A DNA stretch of 64,000 nt, from NCBI RefSeq assembly GCF_006345805.1, contig NC_042997.1, positions 111,724,001 through 111,788,000 of the forward strand, written 5' to 3'. Origin of the DNA: Octopus sinensis. Taxonomy: Eukaryota. The notes beneath the pieces were generated by a model. The model was not told the DNA's origin. It saw only the letters and a list, made by a program, of their open reading frames with translations, and did no database searches. This document shows positions 34,702 to 46,249 of the stretch, piece by piece. Positions within the stretch are counted from its first letter, which is position 1. The number at the start of each line of letters is the position of its first letter. The position numbers and the translations under genes are program-made.

Positions 34702-35040
34702 TTAAGAAGGTCTTCCAGACTTTTTATAGACCCAGATATCATGATCCTTTGTAGCATATGAATTAAGGATTTGCATTCTCTCTCCAAGATGCCAAGTTCA
34801 GCCAGACTTTGCTCCAGATGGGTCGGTACGTATCCTGTTGCTCCAGTAATAATGGGTGTGAAGCTGAAAGTGTATCTTGGGTCCTGGATTTGAAAGCTTC
34901 TTTTCAATGGTTCAGAGATGTCCACTTTCTCTTGTATTTTTCTAACCACGTTCATATCCAGAGGGCAGCTGATTTCCCCAACAGAAAATATCTTTTCCTT
35001 GTGGTCCCACACAATGATATCTGGCCAGTTGTGTTTCAAG
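34702..35040 (-). mobile_element. Restriction-like endonuclease domain of an R4/Dong-like non-LTR retrotransposon
   Basis: ORF 34629-35099: KHNWPDIIVWDHKEKIFSVGEISCPLDMNVVRKIQEKVDISEPL...PIITGATGYVP, i.e. the PD..D/E RLE signature (HN.PDI; E.SCP; EK; P...GA.G). Confidence 0.8.
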
Positions 35041-37354
35041 TTGGTGGCTGTATGTGTGTGTATGTGTGGGTGTGAGTGTGTGTGTGAGTGTGTAAACATA
35101 GAAAATAAACATTAAATGATGATGATGTATGTTTATGTATGTATCTATGTGTATGTATGTGTGTATGTATGTATCTGTGTATGTGTGTATGTATGTATGT
35201 ATTTATGTATGTATGCATGTATGTGTGTATGAATGTATGTATGTATGCATGTATATATGTATGTGTGTATATGTGTGTGTATGTATGTAGGAGTCTCTTC
35301 ATAGTTGTTTAATTTGCTAAAAAATAAGAGCAGAATTTGTGTCAAATCCCATCCTTCTATCTTTAGAAAAAACAGGGCACACTGAACAATATAGTCCTAG
35401 ATACACTGTGTTTGAATAAATTTTTATTCATAATTAGATGCAGATAAGGCTCTGTAATTAATTAAGAAGTTTGCTTACCAACCAAATGGTTCTTTCTGAG
35501 TTCAGTTCCACTGCATGGCATGTTGGGTAAGTGTCTTCTGCTATAGGTTTCTGAGTGGAATTGGTAGATGGAAACTGAACGAAGCCCATCATATATATAT
35601 ATATGCATGTCTTAATATTTGTTTCTATGTCAAGTTGTAATAAAAAAATAAATTCAACCTTAAACTGAAGAATAACGGAATGGTTTTTCTTGTGGAGTAC
35701 AAGTTTATTAAACTTTTGCAAAAGATGAGAAAGTTTTGGCTTACTTGCCTTTGTCAATCTGGACATCATGTGACAGTTGTAAACGAGTGTCACCGTCATC
35801 CAAGTGGTGTCGTTCATTTTCCAATCTGCCATGTAAACGTGTCTGGCCATGAAGCAATATCATTTTGCTTGGAAACTGGTGAGGAGTGGTAACAGGAGGG
35901 GCATCAGATTGTAGAAAATCTGATGCAACGAATTTCATCTCGCTCATAAAAGCATGGAAAAGTGGATGTAAAAACAATGATGATGATGATTATGATGGCT
36001 ATGATGATGATGGTGATGATGATGATGATGGTGATGATATAGATGATGATGATAGTGATGGTGATGGTGATGATGATGACGACGATGACGATGATGGATG
36101 ATGATGATGGATGATGGATGATGATGATGATGATGAAGATGATGGTGATGGTGATGATGATGATGAATTACTGTAATCCTAGATGTGTTTCTTGCCATGT
36201 GGTAACCATGTATCCTTATGAATCACTATAATGTTCAAGAGAGAGTTACTCCCCTTGTCAGACTGACAATTAGCAAATTTTTTTCCCGTTCTATTCCAGG
36301 ATAAACTTTCCGCGTGTAGCTATGATTCCCATCATCTTTCAAGCAATGAATTTAACACTAAGGCCCACAGAGGTGACAGAAGATTTAGCAAGCTGGAGGG
36401 CTTGCACATTGCAGAAGAAGTAAGTATTACATGCTGTTTCATTATCTGTCCTTTCCGTACTTGATGAAGGAAGAAGCCAAGAAACACACGTAGTGCCCTC
36501 TGAATGAGTTTATTACAAAGGGAGGTAATTATCTCCTCACAATATGGAATTGGAAGTTTGATCTTGAAATGAAGCGATGTAGAGAGAACACACACACACA
36601 CACACACACATTCAAATTCTTTTTTTTTAGTATTATTTAGAATGAAGTTCTTACAACTTCTAGTTAGTGGTTATTGTGTAGAGCACTATTTCATCCTTTT
36701 TAGAAATCTTCAGCATGTTTTGGCCTGTAAATTTGTTAGATATATTAGAAAGAGAGACATGACAATGAAATAAATTATAGCCAAGAAAGTTTGATTATAA
36801 TTACAATAATGAAGTGGGAAATAATAAATAATCACTTGATTGTCTAATTCTGGTCAAGAAATTCAGAGGAGACAACCTCTGGATATAAATTAATCGTCAT
36901 TATTATACAATGTCAATGCTACATATTGGCATAGGTTCAACAGTTTGCCAAGATTCAATGGGTCTGATTGCATCTGATCTGATCCTGTATCTGCTGGATG
37001 CCTTTCCTAATTATCAAAATACAGTAGGATGTTTTTAAATACACATCAAAGGTCCAAGAGAGTAAAACAGGAATGAAAAAGTTCCATAAGCAAAAAAATG
37101 GTTGAGACCCACTGCTCTTCAGGAAGAAATCTGTTTTGCTCTGACCCCTTCTCTCATACCTTAACCCTTCATCTCTCCTTGTATAAAACCACCTCTTTCG
37201 GGGTTTGTAATCTGGCAAACTAAATTGGTCGCTTGAAAAAAGCACTTACTACACTCTGTAAAGTGGTTTGGCATTAGGAAGGGTATAATATAATTCCTAA
37301 TAATATTATTAGGAATTGTTTAAAAAGATTAAAATATTTTGTCTATCATAGCTA

Positions 37355-37985
37355 TCATCATCGTCGTTGTTTAACGTCTGCTTTCCATGCTGGCATGGGT
37401 TGGACGGTTTTACTGAGGACTGGCAAACCAGAAGGCTGCTCCAGACTCCAATTTGATCCTAATGCTAACCACTCCAAGAGTGTAGTGGGTGCTTTTTATG
37501 TGCCACTGGCAGGAGGGCCAGTCAGGCAGTACTGGCATTGGCCACGCTTGAATGGTGCTTTTTACGTGTCACTGGCACAGGAGCCAGTCAGGTGGCACTG
37601 GCAATGATCACGCTTGAATGGTGCTTTTTATGTGCCACCTGCACAGATGCCAATCAGGCGGTACTGTCATCGGCCATGACAACAACTTCATTTGCCTCAA
37701 CAGGTCTTTGTAAGCGCAGTTTATTGCCCAATGATTGAAGGGTACTTTTAAATGGGCTGGTTATACAGCACTGGCATAGGCCATGGTTACAGTCTCACTT
37801 GGCTTGCTGGGTCTTCTCAAGCACAGCATATCTCCAAAGGTCTTGGTCACTTGTCATTGTCTTGGAGTGGCCCAATGTTCAAAGGTCATGCTTCACCACC
37901 ATGTCTCAGGTCTTTCTGGGTCTACCTCTTCCACAGGTTCCCTCAACTGCTAGGGTGTGACATTTTTTCACACAGCTGTCCTCAT
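37355..37985 (-). mobile_element. RTE-LINE 3' end (family C) with ORF2 C-terminus
   Basis: Minus strand EDSCVKKCHTLAVEGTCGRGRPRKT...DLWRYAVLEKT, repeat-bearing UTR and (GAT)n tail. Confidence 0.85.
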
Positions 37986-38064
37986 TGATTATGTGTATGT
38001 GTATAAGTGTGTGTGTGTGTATAGCCCACTAAAAAGTACCTTAGTCCACTCAAAAGCCCCTTGT

Positions 38065-38483
38065 ATCGTAGGGCGACATGTCGTGTTTGAAGAGACCTAT
38101 TGAGTCAAGTACATCAACAGCAATATCAAAATCAAATCAAATGGAAATTGTAGTTGTGACCCCCGTGCTGATAGCGCATAAAAAGCACCATCCAAACATG
38201 GCCGATGCCAGTACCACTTTGACTGGCCTTCATGCCAGTGGCACATAAAAAGCACCATGTGATTGTGGTTGATGCCAGCACTCTGGCCCCTGTGCCGGTA
38301 GCACGTAAAAAGCACCTTCTACACTCTCGGAGTGGTTGAAGTTAGGAAAGGCATCCAGCTGTAGAAACACTGCCAAATCAGATTGCAGCCTCTTGGCTTC
38401 CCAGACCCCAGTCGAATTGTCCAACCCATGCCAGCATGGAAACTAGACGTTAAACGATGACGATGATGATGATGATGATGATG
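38065..38483 (+). mobile_element. RTE-type 3' end (family C)
   Basis: Repeat units, ggaaaggcatccagctgtagaaac, (GAT)n tail. Confidence 0.8.
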
Positions 38484-38899
38484 TATACAGATATATGAAG
38501 GGCTTCTTTCAGTTTCTGTCTACTAAATCCACTCACAAGGCTTTGGTTGGCCTGAGGCTACAGTAGAGGAGAATTGCCCAAGGTGCCATGCAGTGGGACT
38601 TATCCTGGTTAGGGTGTTGCACTTAAAATTGTGAGATCATGGTTTCAATTCCTAGACCAGGTGGTGCATTGTGTTCTTGATCAAAACACTCCATCTCATG
38701 TTGCTCTGCCATCATTTTGATACCTGATACATGGCACACCGTGCACCTGTTACATTTTGAGTTCAAATTCCACCAGGGTTGACTTTGCCCTTCATCCTTT
38801 TGGGGGTCAATAAAATAAGTACCAGTTGTGTACTGGGATCGATCTAATTGACTGGCCCCTTCCGCCAACATTTTGAGCCTTGTGCCTAGAGTAGAAATC

Positions 38900-39440
38900 A
38901 GGCAGGCAAGGCAGTTTTCCTTTGCCTGGTGGCTGTGGTGAAAGAGGTTGTCTGGTGGTCAAGGCTGAAAGGCATGAGGACAGATACGTTCCTCTTTGGT
39001 AGAGCTCTCATTGACTTCTTCAAGTTTCACTTGAAAAGGGAAATAAGAGTGGAGAGGGAAGTGCTGTCCTCGAGTGATTTTATTGAAAGGTGAGTGAAAG
39101 TTGTGGAAATGGGCAAGAATGGATGGTACCTCTCTAAGTGCAGACCTGTGAGTCAGAGAGAAGGAATTGGAGAGGGCACTTGCTCCTAGGGGTTCAGGGA
39201 AATCTCAGACAATGGGGCTCCTCGATTATCTTTAGAGGCATTCCTGATCAGGAGGGCCACATCTCTATCACCCTCCCCCACTTTTTCCTACCTATGTATG
39301 CTATGCATATGTCCCCTCTTTTCCAATGTATACCAAATATACTTTTTTTATCATTTCATTATTATATGGAAACCCCCATACTTTATGTCCATCTCTGTAT
39401 TGTCTCCCTTATCCTTCACCCTTGTGGCAAATAAATGAAA
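38900..39440 (+). mobile_element. 3' end of a Tx1/L1-clade LINE
   Basis: FLCLVAVVKEVVWWSRLKGMRTDTFLFGRALIDFFKFHLKR.IRVER... resembles the Tx1-type C-terminus (K..VW..R); TGA at 39149-39151, followed by a UTR-like tail. Confidence 0.6.
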
Positions 39441-40134
39441 TCCTCATCGTCATCGTCGTCATCATCATCATCATCATCATAGTGAGCTGCTGTCATCTAT
39501 CTTCTGGCATTTCTCTGTACACTTGTTTGGTGTGTAATAATTTTGACTGGTTATTTTTTCTTTATTTCTTCTTTGCATTTTACTTTTATCTTCTTCATCC
39601 TCGATGTTTTTTTTCCCCCTTCTTCGTCTATGACTGACTGAATCTCTCTCCTCTTCCCCTCCCCATTACATACAGATCTAATAAAAGAGATAATCTATGT
39701 TAATCCACAATAAAACGGAGACAAAATTATTGATTTCCATTTTATGGTTCTACAAACCAAACATTTGAAGAACATAGAACTGGACATTCCTTCAATGAAC
39801 AATCAGACATCTATAGACTTACCATTTTATAGAATGGATGTCACTGACATTTTCTCATTGCGTCAAAGAACCAAACCAGAGACATTTGCATTCCGTTGTT
39901 TTGTGTATCTTGACCAGAATTAGCAGTGGAATTTTTCAGTGGGGGTAATGAAGGTTATTGTGTGTACGTGAGCTGGTACCTTGTTTTTCAGGCATAACCA
40001 TGCTGTTAAGAAATTTGGCCTTTGGAACCATGAGGTCTCCATGTGGTCCCAGGTTGTTTATCTCTGCTGTGTAGTATTTTGGGTAAATGTCTTTTACAGT
40101 AGCCTTCAGTTGACCAATAAGAAAGTCAAATTTG

Positions 40135-40610
40135 TTGACTAAATCAAATTCGATTACTGGCATCTGTACTAGTGGAGTGCTAAGAGCACCATCTGAGTGT
40201 GATTGTTGCCAGAGCAGTAAACTGGCTTCCATGCTGGTGGTACATAAAAAGCACCATTTGAGTGTGATTGTTACCAGCATCACCTTACTGGCACTTGTGC
40301 CAGTGGCACATGAAAAAACATTTGAGCGAGGTCATTGCCAGTGCTGCTGGACTGGCTTCTGTGCAGGCGGCATGTAAAAAACACCATCTGAGCATGGCCA
40401 TTGCCAGTACTGCCTGACTGCCCCTCGTGCCAGTGGCATGTAAAAGCACCCACTACACTCTTGGAGTGGTTGGCATTAGGAAGGGCATCCAGCTGTAGAA
40501 ACTCTGCCAGATCAAGATTGGAGCCTGGTGCAGCCATCTGGTTTGCCAGCCCTCAGTCAACTCATTCAATCCATGCCAGCATGGAAAGCAGACGTTAAAC
40601 GATGATGAGA
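40135..40610 (+). mobile_element. RTE-type 3' end (family C) with about 4 internal repeat units
   Basis: Same modules and (GAT)n tail. Confidence 0.8.
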
Positions 40611-41908
40611 ACAAATCTATCAACAGGATAATAAGGGAAAGGATTCCGGGTTGTAAGAAGTATATTGGTGGGGGGGGGAAGCTGGTGAAATGTGCAGTTG
40701 TGTCCACATATAATTACAGCAGCAGAAGAGTATAGTTAGAGAGATAATAGATTGTGAGGATGATTTAAGGAAGACCTTGGGTGGTGGGAGCCCAGTTCTG
40801 CATGGATAAGTAGCTACAAGTTATCACTATTTATTTACTCTTGAGTTGTTGCTTGTAGTAATAAGCTGGAGGATTCCTAGGCAGCTTTTATACTTTTTAA
40901 TGCTGTGGGCACCACTGCCGGATTGAATGGTACTGTCCAGGTGTCGAAACCATAGTGATATGTGTTTGGGCAGCTGATGATGGGAATACACATATGTTAT
41001 GCTCGATTGTGAATTTCTTATATTCTGAGTCTCATTATTCTGAGTTGTGGATTCATAGTTTATGGGGATCACTTACACTGGTAGTGTTTGGTTGGCTTTT
41101 TTACTTTCCACTGGCACAGGTATCACAACTACAATTTCCAGTTGATATTTATTTTGATGTTGATGTACTTGACTCAATAGGTCTCCTCAAGCACAGCAGG
41201 TCACGTGCCACTGGCACAGAAGCCAGTCAAGGCAGTGCTGACATTGGCCACGTTCGGATATATATCACCACACATTCCTCCTCCATTATCATTATTTTTC
41301 CATCACCTTCTATTCCTCACTACCAAATGCACACAGAACCACCCACATACTCCAATAAACCTTTTGATAAACATCCTTTGATTATATACTCATTGTTTCA
41401 TTAGTGCCATATCACCTGAAGAAATGAATGCGTTAACTATGATCTACCTGATGTCCACCGATACCATGGACTGTACTGTAATCCTCCCAGAATATGGAAT
41501 ATGATTGTAAGAAACATGTGTAGTGATGCATTAAAATATTTATAAATTCTATCTTTCCATATTGCTATATTTATCCTACATTATACCAGCAGGACTCAAT
41601 GTAACCCCATAAAACTACTGTTGCAAGTTGCTATCATTAGGCTACGGCCGACATAATAAAATAAGATCTTTTATGCTTAGTCAAAAGAGTTTCCCACAAA
41701 GGAACTTAAAGGATATATGTTATCTGCGAAAGGCTTCTTTTTTCTGTCGAGGGCTTATATGCCCCTTTATTAGACTATTTTCCTTAGTCATTGCACAGTG
41801 ATCGCCATAAGCTTTAAGCTTATATAAAAATACCATTATTATCATTTACAAGATTGTAAAAATGGTGCTGTATAAAAGGCCATTCACACTGAAAGCATAT
41901 ATGTTATA

Positions 41909-42800
41909 TATGAAGTGGTATCAAAGAATTCCTGGATTAGTTATGTTTAATAAAAAATACCTTATTTACCTAAGTTTTAACATCATCACCTGTCCCAGGG
42001 TTCCTGACGCTTTTGGAATCCGACCTTGAAGTCAATTTCCATAAGTGAATCAAAGTCCTTCTGTGATCCACTCTGGGTCTCAACAATGGTGTTAAAACAG
42101 CAACCTTTGAGCTGCATTTTCATCCTGGGAAAGAGATGGAAGTCTGCAGGTACTGAATCTGGTGAATAGGGCAGGTGTGAGACTATGTTGTTTTTGGTGA
42201 GAAACTTAATGAGTGGAGAGAGCTCAGTGACAAAATGCATTGTTGTTATGAAGAATCCAATTCTTCATGCTCCACAGATCCAGTCACTTTTACCAACTAT
42301 CATTCCTCAAAGGCTTCAAAACTTTGCAGTAGAACTCTGGATTGATGGTCTGGCCCTGGGGGATGAATTCTTGATGTACAATACCAGGGATGTCAAAAAA
42401 AAAATGATGAGCATGCTCTTGATTGAGCTGTGACTCTGTTGTGCCTTCTTTGGTTGTGGAGATGGAGGGCTCATCCATTGTGATGACTGATGCTTCATCT
42501 CAGGGTCATACCTATAGACCCAACTCTCATCACCAGTGATGATCTTTGACATGAAGAATGGGTCATCAGTGGCATGCTGATGGAGATCTTGAAAGACTTC
42601 AATGCGATGTTCTTTCTGCTCAGTGGTCAGCAGGTGGGGGACAAACTTGGCAGACACACACTGCTTGTTCAATCTAGATGTTAGGATTTCCTGCATAGAC
42701 CTATACCACAGACCAACAACGTCAGCAATGTCATTGACTGTCCTCTGATGATCCTCATGCAGAAGCTGGTGAATTTTCTCCATCCCATGTCTTCTTGGTT
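41909..42800 (-). mobile_element. Decayed mariner (DD34D) transposon, 5'-truncated
   Basis: Frameshifted ORFs with SAKFVPHLLT (WVPHEL-like), IITGDESWVYRYDPE, DIPGIVHQEFIPQGQTIN and HLPYSPDSVPADFHLFP (YSPDL-like); TIR-like ta-tgaagtggtatcaaagaattcctgga at about 41909-41937. Confidence 0.85.
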
Positions 42801-43069
42801 CTCCTTTCACAATTTCCATCCACATCAAGATGCTTGGTACTTCTTTACACAGCTGTCCTCATCCATACCAGCACAACCTTCTTTCTCACTACATCCAGTT
42901 CCTCTAATGCCCAGATTTTCTCTCAGCACATTTGTACTTTGTCATGTTGCACATCCAACAGAGCTTGCTCGCTTCATTTCTTTCCAGTCTTCTCAGTTCC
43001 TCTGCACCCAAGGCCCATGTTTCACTACTTATAACATTGCAGTTGTAACACAAACATCTGAGTGTGTGA

Positions 43070-43345
43070 GGATGCATGGCTTAGTAGTTGGGGTATTGCA
43101 CTAACAATTGGGAGATTGTGGTTTCAATTCCTCAACCAGGTAGTGCGTTGTGTTCTTGAGCAAAACACTTCATCTCTCGTTGCTCTGCGATCACTTTCGC
43201 ACCTGACGTGTGGCACAATGTGCACCTGTTCAGACAACGTTGATTTGATGCAGGGAGTGAGCTGATGTTGGCACATAGGTTTCATCTCTAATAAGCAAAT
43301 GATATGTGCAGGATGAGAGTTCAACCCAGTTGCTTTCAAAGCCAC
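43070..43345 (+). mobile_element. tRNA-derived SINE (D-related head)
   Basis: tggcttagtagttggg A-box-like, ggtttcaattcc B-box-like, then gtgttcttgagcaaaacacttcat. Confidence 0.6.
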
Positions 43346-43782
43346 AAGACATTTTGAGTCTCGAGAGTTCCTGGTGTTTGTAAATATGTGCTCGAGCTGT
43401 CGATGCACTCAGCCAAGTGTGTGCATCTAAAGAATTTCAGAATCTTTAGTACGTACGTACGTACGCACGCACGCATTATTAAACCTTCCTGAAACTCCCT
43501 AAATAAATATAATAAAATCATTTTCTTTCCAATTATTTACTGACAATTTAAACGTCATTCAACAAAACTAGAGTAAGTTACCTCCCCTTTATATGTTCAA
43601 TAGGACAGGTGAGGACGAAAGAGAATTCCAGGGCATATCTTCAGATTGGTGCCCCACGGTTTTCTTTCCTCTTGGCAAAGTACATCTCCGAAATTTCGGA
43701 AAAAATGTTTTGTTTTTTTTTTTCTGAAATTTTCATGAAATTTTTTCCGAGATACGCTTTCGAGAGTGTAGATTACAATTAC

Positions 43783-43950
43783 GTTGGAGTGGCTAAATGG
43801 TAAGTAGCTTGTTTACGAACCACATTGTTCCGGGTTCAGTTCCACTGCGTGGCACCTTGGGCAAGTGTCTTCTACTATAGCCTCGGGTCGACCAAAGCCT
43901 TGTGAGTGGATCTGGTAGGCGGAAACTGAAAGACACCCGTCGTATATGTG

Positions 43951-44009
<59 letters not shown>

Positions 44010-44234
44010 ATGTGTGTGTATATGTTTATGTGTCTGTTTGTCCCCCCCCCAACATCGCTTGACAGCCGATGCTGGTGTGTTTACGTCCCTGTAACTTAGC
44101 GGTTCGGCAAAAGAGACTGATAGAATTAGTACTAGGCTTACAAAAAATAAATCCTGGGGTCGATTTGCTCGACTAAAGGCGGTGCTCCAGCATGGCCACA
44201 GTCAAATGACTGAAGCAAGTAAAAGAGTAAGAGT
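43783..44234 (+). mobile_element. SINE family B (full length) with internal (TA)n
   Basis: Complete module order; tail aaaagagtaagagt. Confidence 0.9.
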
Positions 44235-44571
44235 ATATATGAAAAAAAAAATGGAGGTGTTTGGACCTTCCAATCCTCCACAAATTTGTTTGCACCATTT
44301 TCCGTAACTTTTGCAAGATTTTCTTTTTCTTTTTGTATGCTTGAAATATCATTGTGCAATCTATATACTTGAACACTTATATCTGTAAAATGTACACACA
44401 CTCACACATATGTGTGTGTATATGTATATATATATATATATATATACGTACATACATGTGTATATATGTTTGTATGTATGTCAAAATCAGCTAGAGAATT
44501 GAAAACCAGTGATTTACAAATGAAGTCCCTTGATATATTTGTTCTGTAACAAACTACATACACTCCCTTGC

Positions 44572-44757
44572 TGCTCAGAATCACAAGCGTGGAATAAACT
44601 GCCTGCATCAGTTGTTGACTGCCATGACACTGCATCCTTTAAGGCCCTCATGCTTCCCGAAATCCGTCGAAACTACACCTGATTATATATACACTTTAGA
44701 TGAGTTGTAGTGCACCTGAGCACTGTACACAATTATTATTATTATTATTATTATTAA
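44572..44757 (+). mobile_element. 3' end of a CR1-like LINE with (ATT)n tail
   Basis: AWNKLPASVVDCHDTASFKALMLPEIRRNYT*, same family as 15262-15585. Confidence 0.75.
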
Positions 44758-44959
44758 ATACCGTAAACCATTGATTGATCCCTATAGTTAATGATGTTGA
44801 TTCACCAATCATAATAAAAAATAGATAAATAATTTCTAAAAACTAATAAATGCTTGGCCATTATTATCCAGTGTACATGACCAGAACACACACTCTCCAT
44901 AATCAGGAAATCTATATTTGTAATCTCTACCTGTTTCTGATTAGTGTCTTCATCCTGTT

Positions 44960-45475
44960 TTCTATAAAATAAAGAGCTTTATTTACATTGTACGATATTT
45001 GTCTTCATCTTGTTTGTTGTTAACATTTTCGCTGATACACCATCCAGCCTTCATCAGGTGTCTTGCGGAAATTTCAAACCTGGGTTCTCATTTTCAATGT
45101 TATTATTATTATTATTATTCAGATCACTACCTAGAATCAAACTTGGAATCTTGGGGTTAGTAACCTGCACTCTTAACCCACGGGCATATGTCATAGTGTT
45201 TGAGAGCGCGGGCTACTAACCCCAAGATTCCAAGTTTGATTCCAGGCAGTGACCTGAATAATGATAATAATAATAACAACAACAACAACAACAACAACAA
45301 CATCGAAAAATACCTTAGGAATGAGAACCCAGGTTCGAAATTTCCCCCAAGACACCTGATGAAGGCTGGAGGGTATATCAGCTGAAATGTTGTGTTAACA
45401 ACAAACAAATTAAGGACAAATATCCACCAAATGTAAATAATGTACATAATTCCTCATCTCTTAAATATAGAGCTG
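44960..45475. mobile_element. Head-to-head inverted pair of an element with a tRNA-like head and a hammerhead motif (Penelope-like, non-autonomous)
   Basis: Left arm (~44960-45178, minus) is the reverse complement of the right arm (~45179-45475, plus). Each arm: tRNA-like head, (AAT/AAC)n, conserved body with the CTGATGA...GAAA motif. Confidence 0.85.
45351..45396 (+). ncRNA. Minimal type-I hammerhead ribozyme motif (probably weakened)
   Basis: GACAC-CUGAUGA-A-GGCUG(GAGGGUAUAU)CAGCU-GAAA-U-GUU-GUGUU. Stem I pairs GACAC with GUGUU, stem II pairs GGCUG with CAGCU, the cleavage triplet is GUU and helix III is vestigial. Identical motif at 34440-34485; degenerate minus-strand copy at about 45021-45062. 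Confidence 0.6.
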
Positions 45476-46249
45476 AAATAAAGAGCTTGTAGCGAGTATG
45501 TTTGTTGGCTGGTCTGATGTGGTGACTGGTCAAGTTGATGAATGAAAATGTATCCTTTGGGTTACATGAGGAAGTAACTGACAACACCTGCAAACAATTA
45601 ACAGAAGATTTTATTACTGTACACAGGTAACCTGTGTTGGTCTTTTACAAATAACAACAGCAGTAATTACATCGTGGGTGAGACATACTGATTGGAGTTT
45701 ATGGCAAGCTTATTGATACAGCAACATGTGGGTGGCCTGACACAACTGGAAACAATTGTGCCATGTTCTTGGTGACGGAGATTCCTGACATCCATCTGCC
45801 ATCTATCTTAACTATCTTCCTGAGTCGTCTGGCTGTGGCAAGAATGGAAACACAACTACCAGGTACCTGAACGCTCTGCACTTTGTCAGAGCTGCTTGGT
45901 TGGAGTGGAGGCACGTGTTACTCAGCCACTTGGCAAGAGGGGAAATGTATGAATGAGTTGGCTGGTCTCAGTGCTCTGGAAAGAGTTTAGGTGCCAAATA
46001 ACACCTTTGTATAGGGTACAAGAAGATTCTAGAAGATTGAATTACATGACGGCTTGACGCTGATTGCTTAGTATAGACTGATCATGTGAAACAACTGTGG
46101 TTTGATTGTGGTCATTGACCACATATCCAGGGATCCGGTTTTGAATTCCTGCTACAAGCTTAATGCATGTTGATCCACAACAGAAACAAAATATACTGAT
46201 TTTCACTTGATATTTCTAACAGTTTTGAGTCGAAGATTATATATATATA

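Noticed and set aside
43572-43610. Possible 5-nt microexon (aatag|GACAG|gtgagg) near another donor-like gtaagt
   Set aside because: The implied intron is only about 32 nt and no frame context supports it; could be chance motifs.
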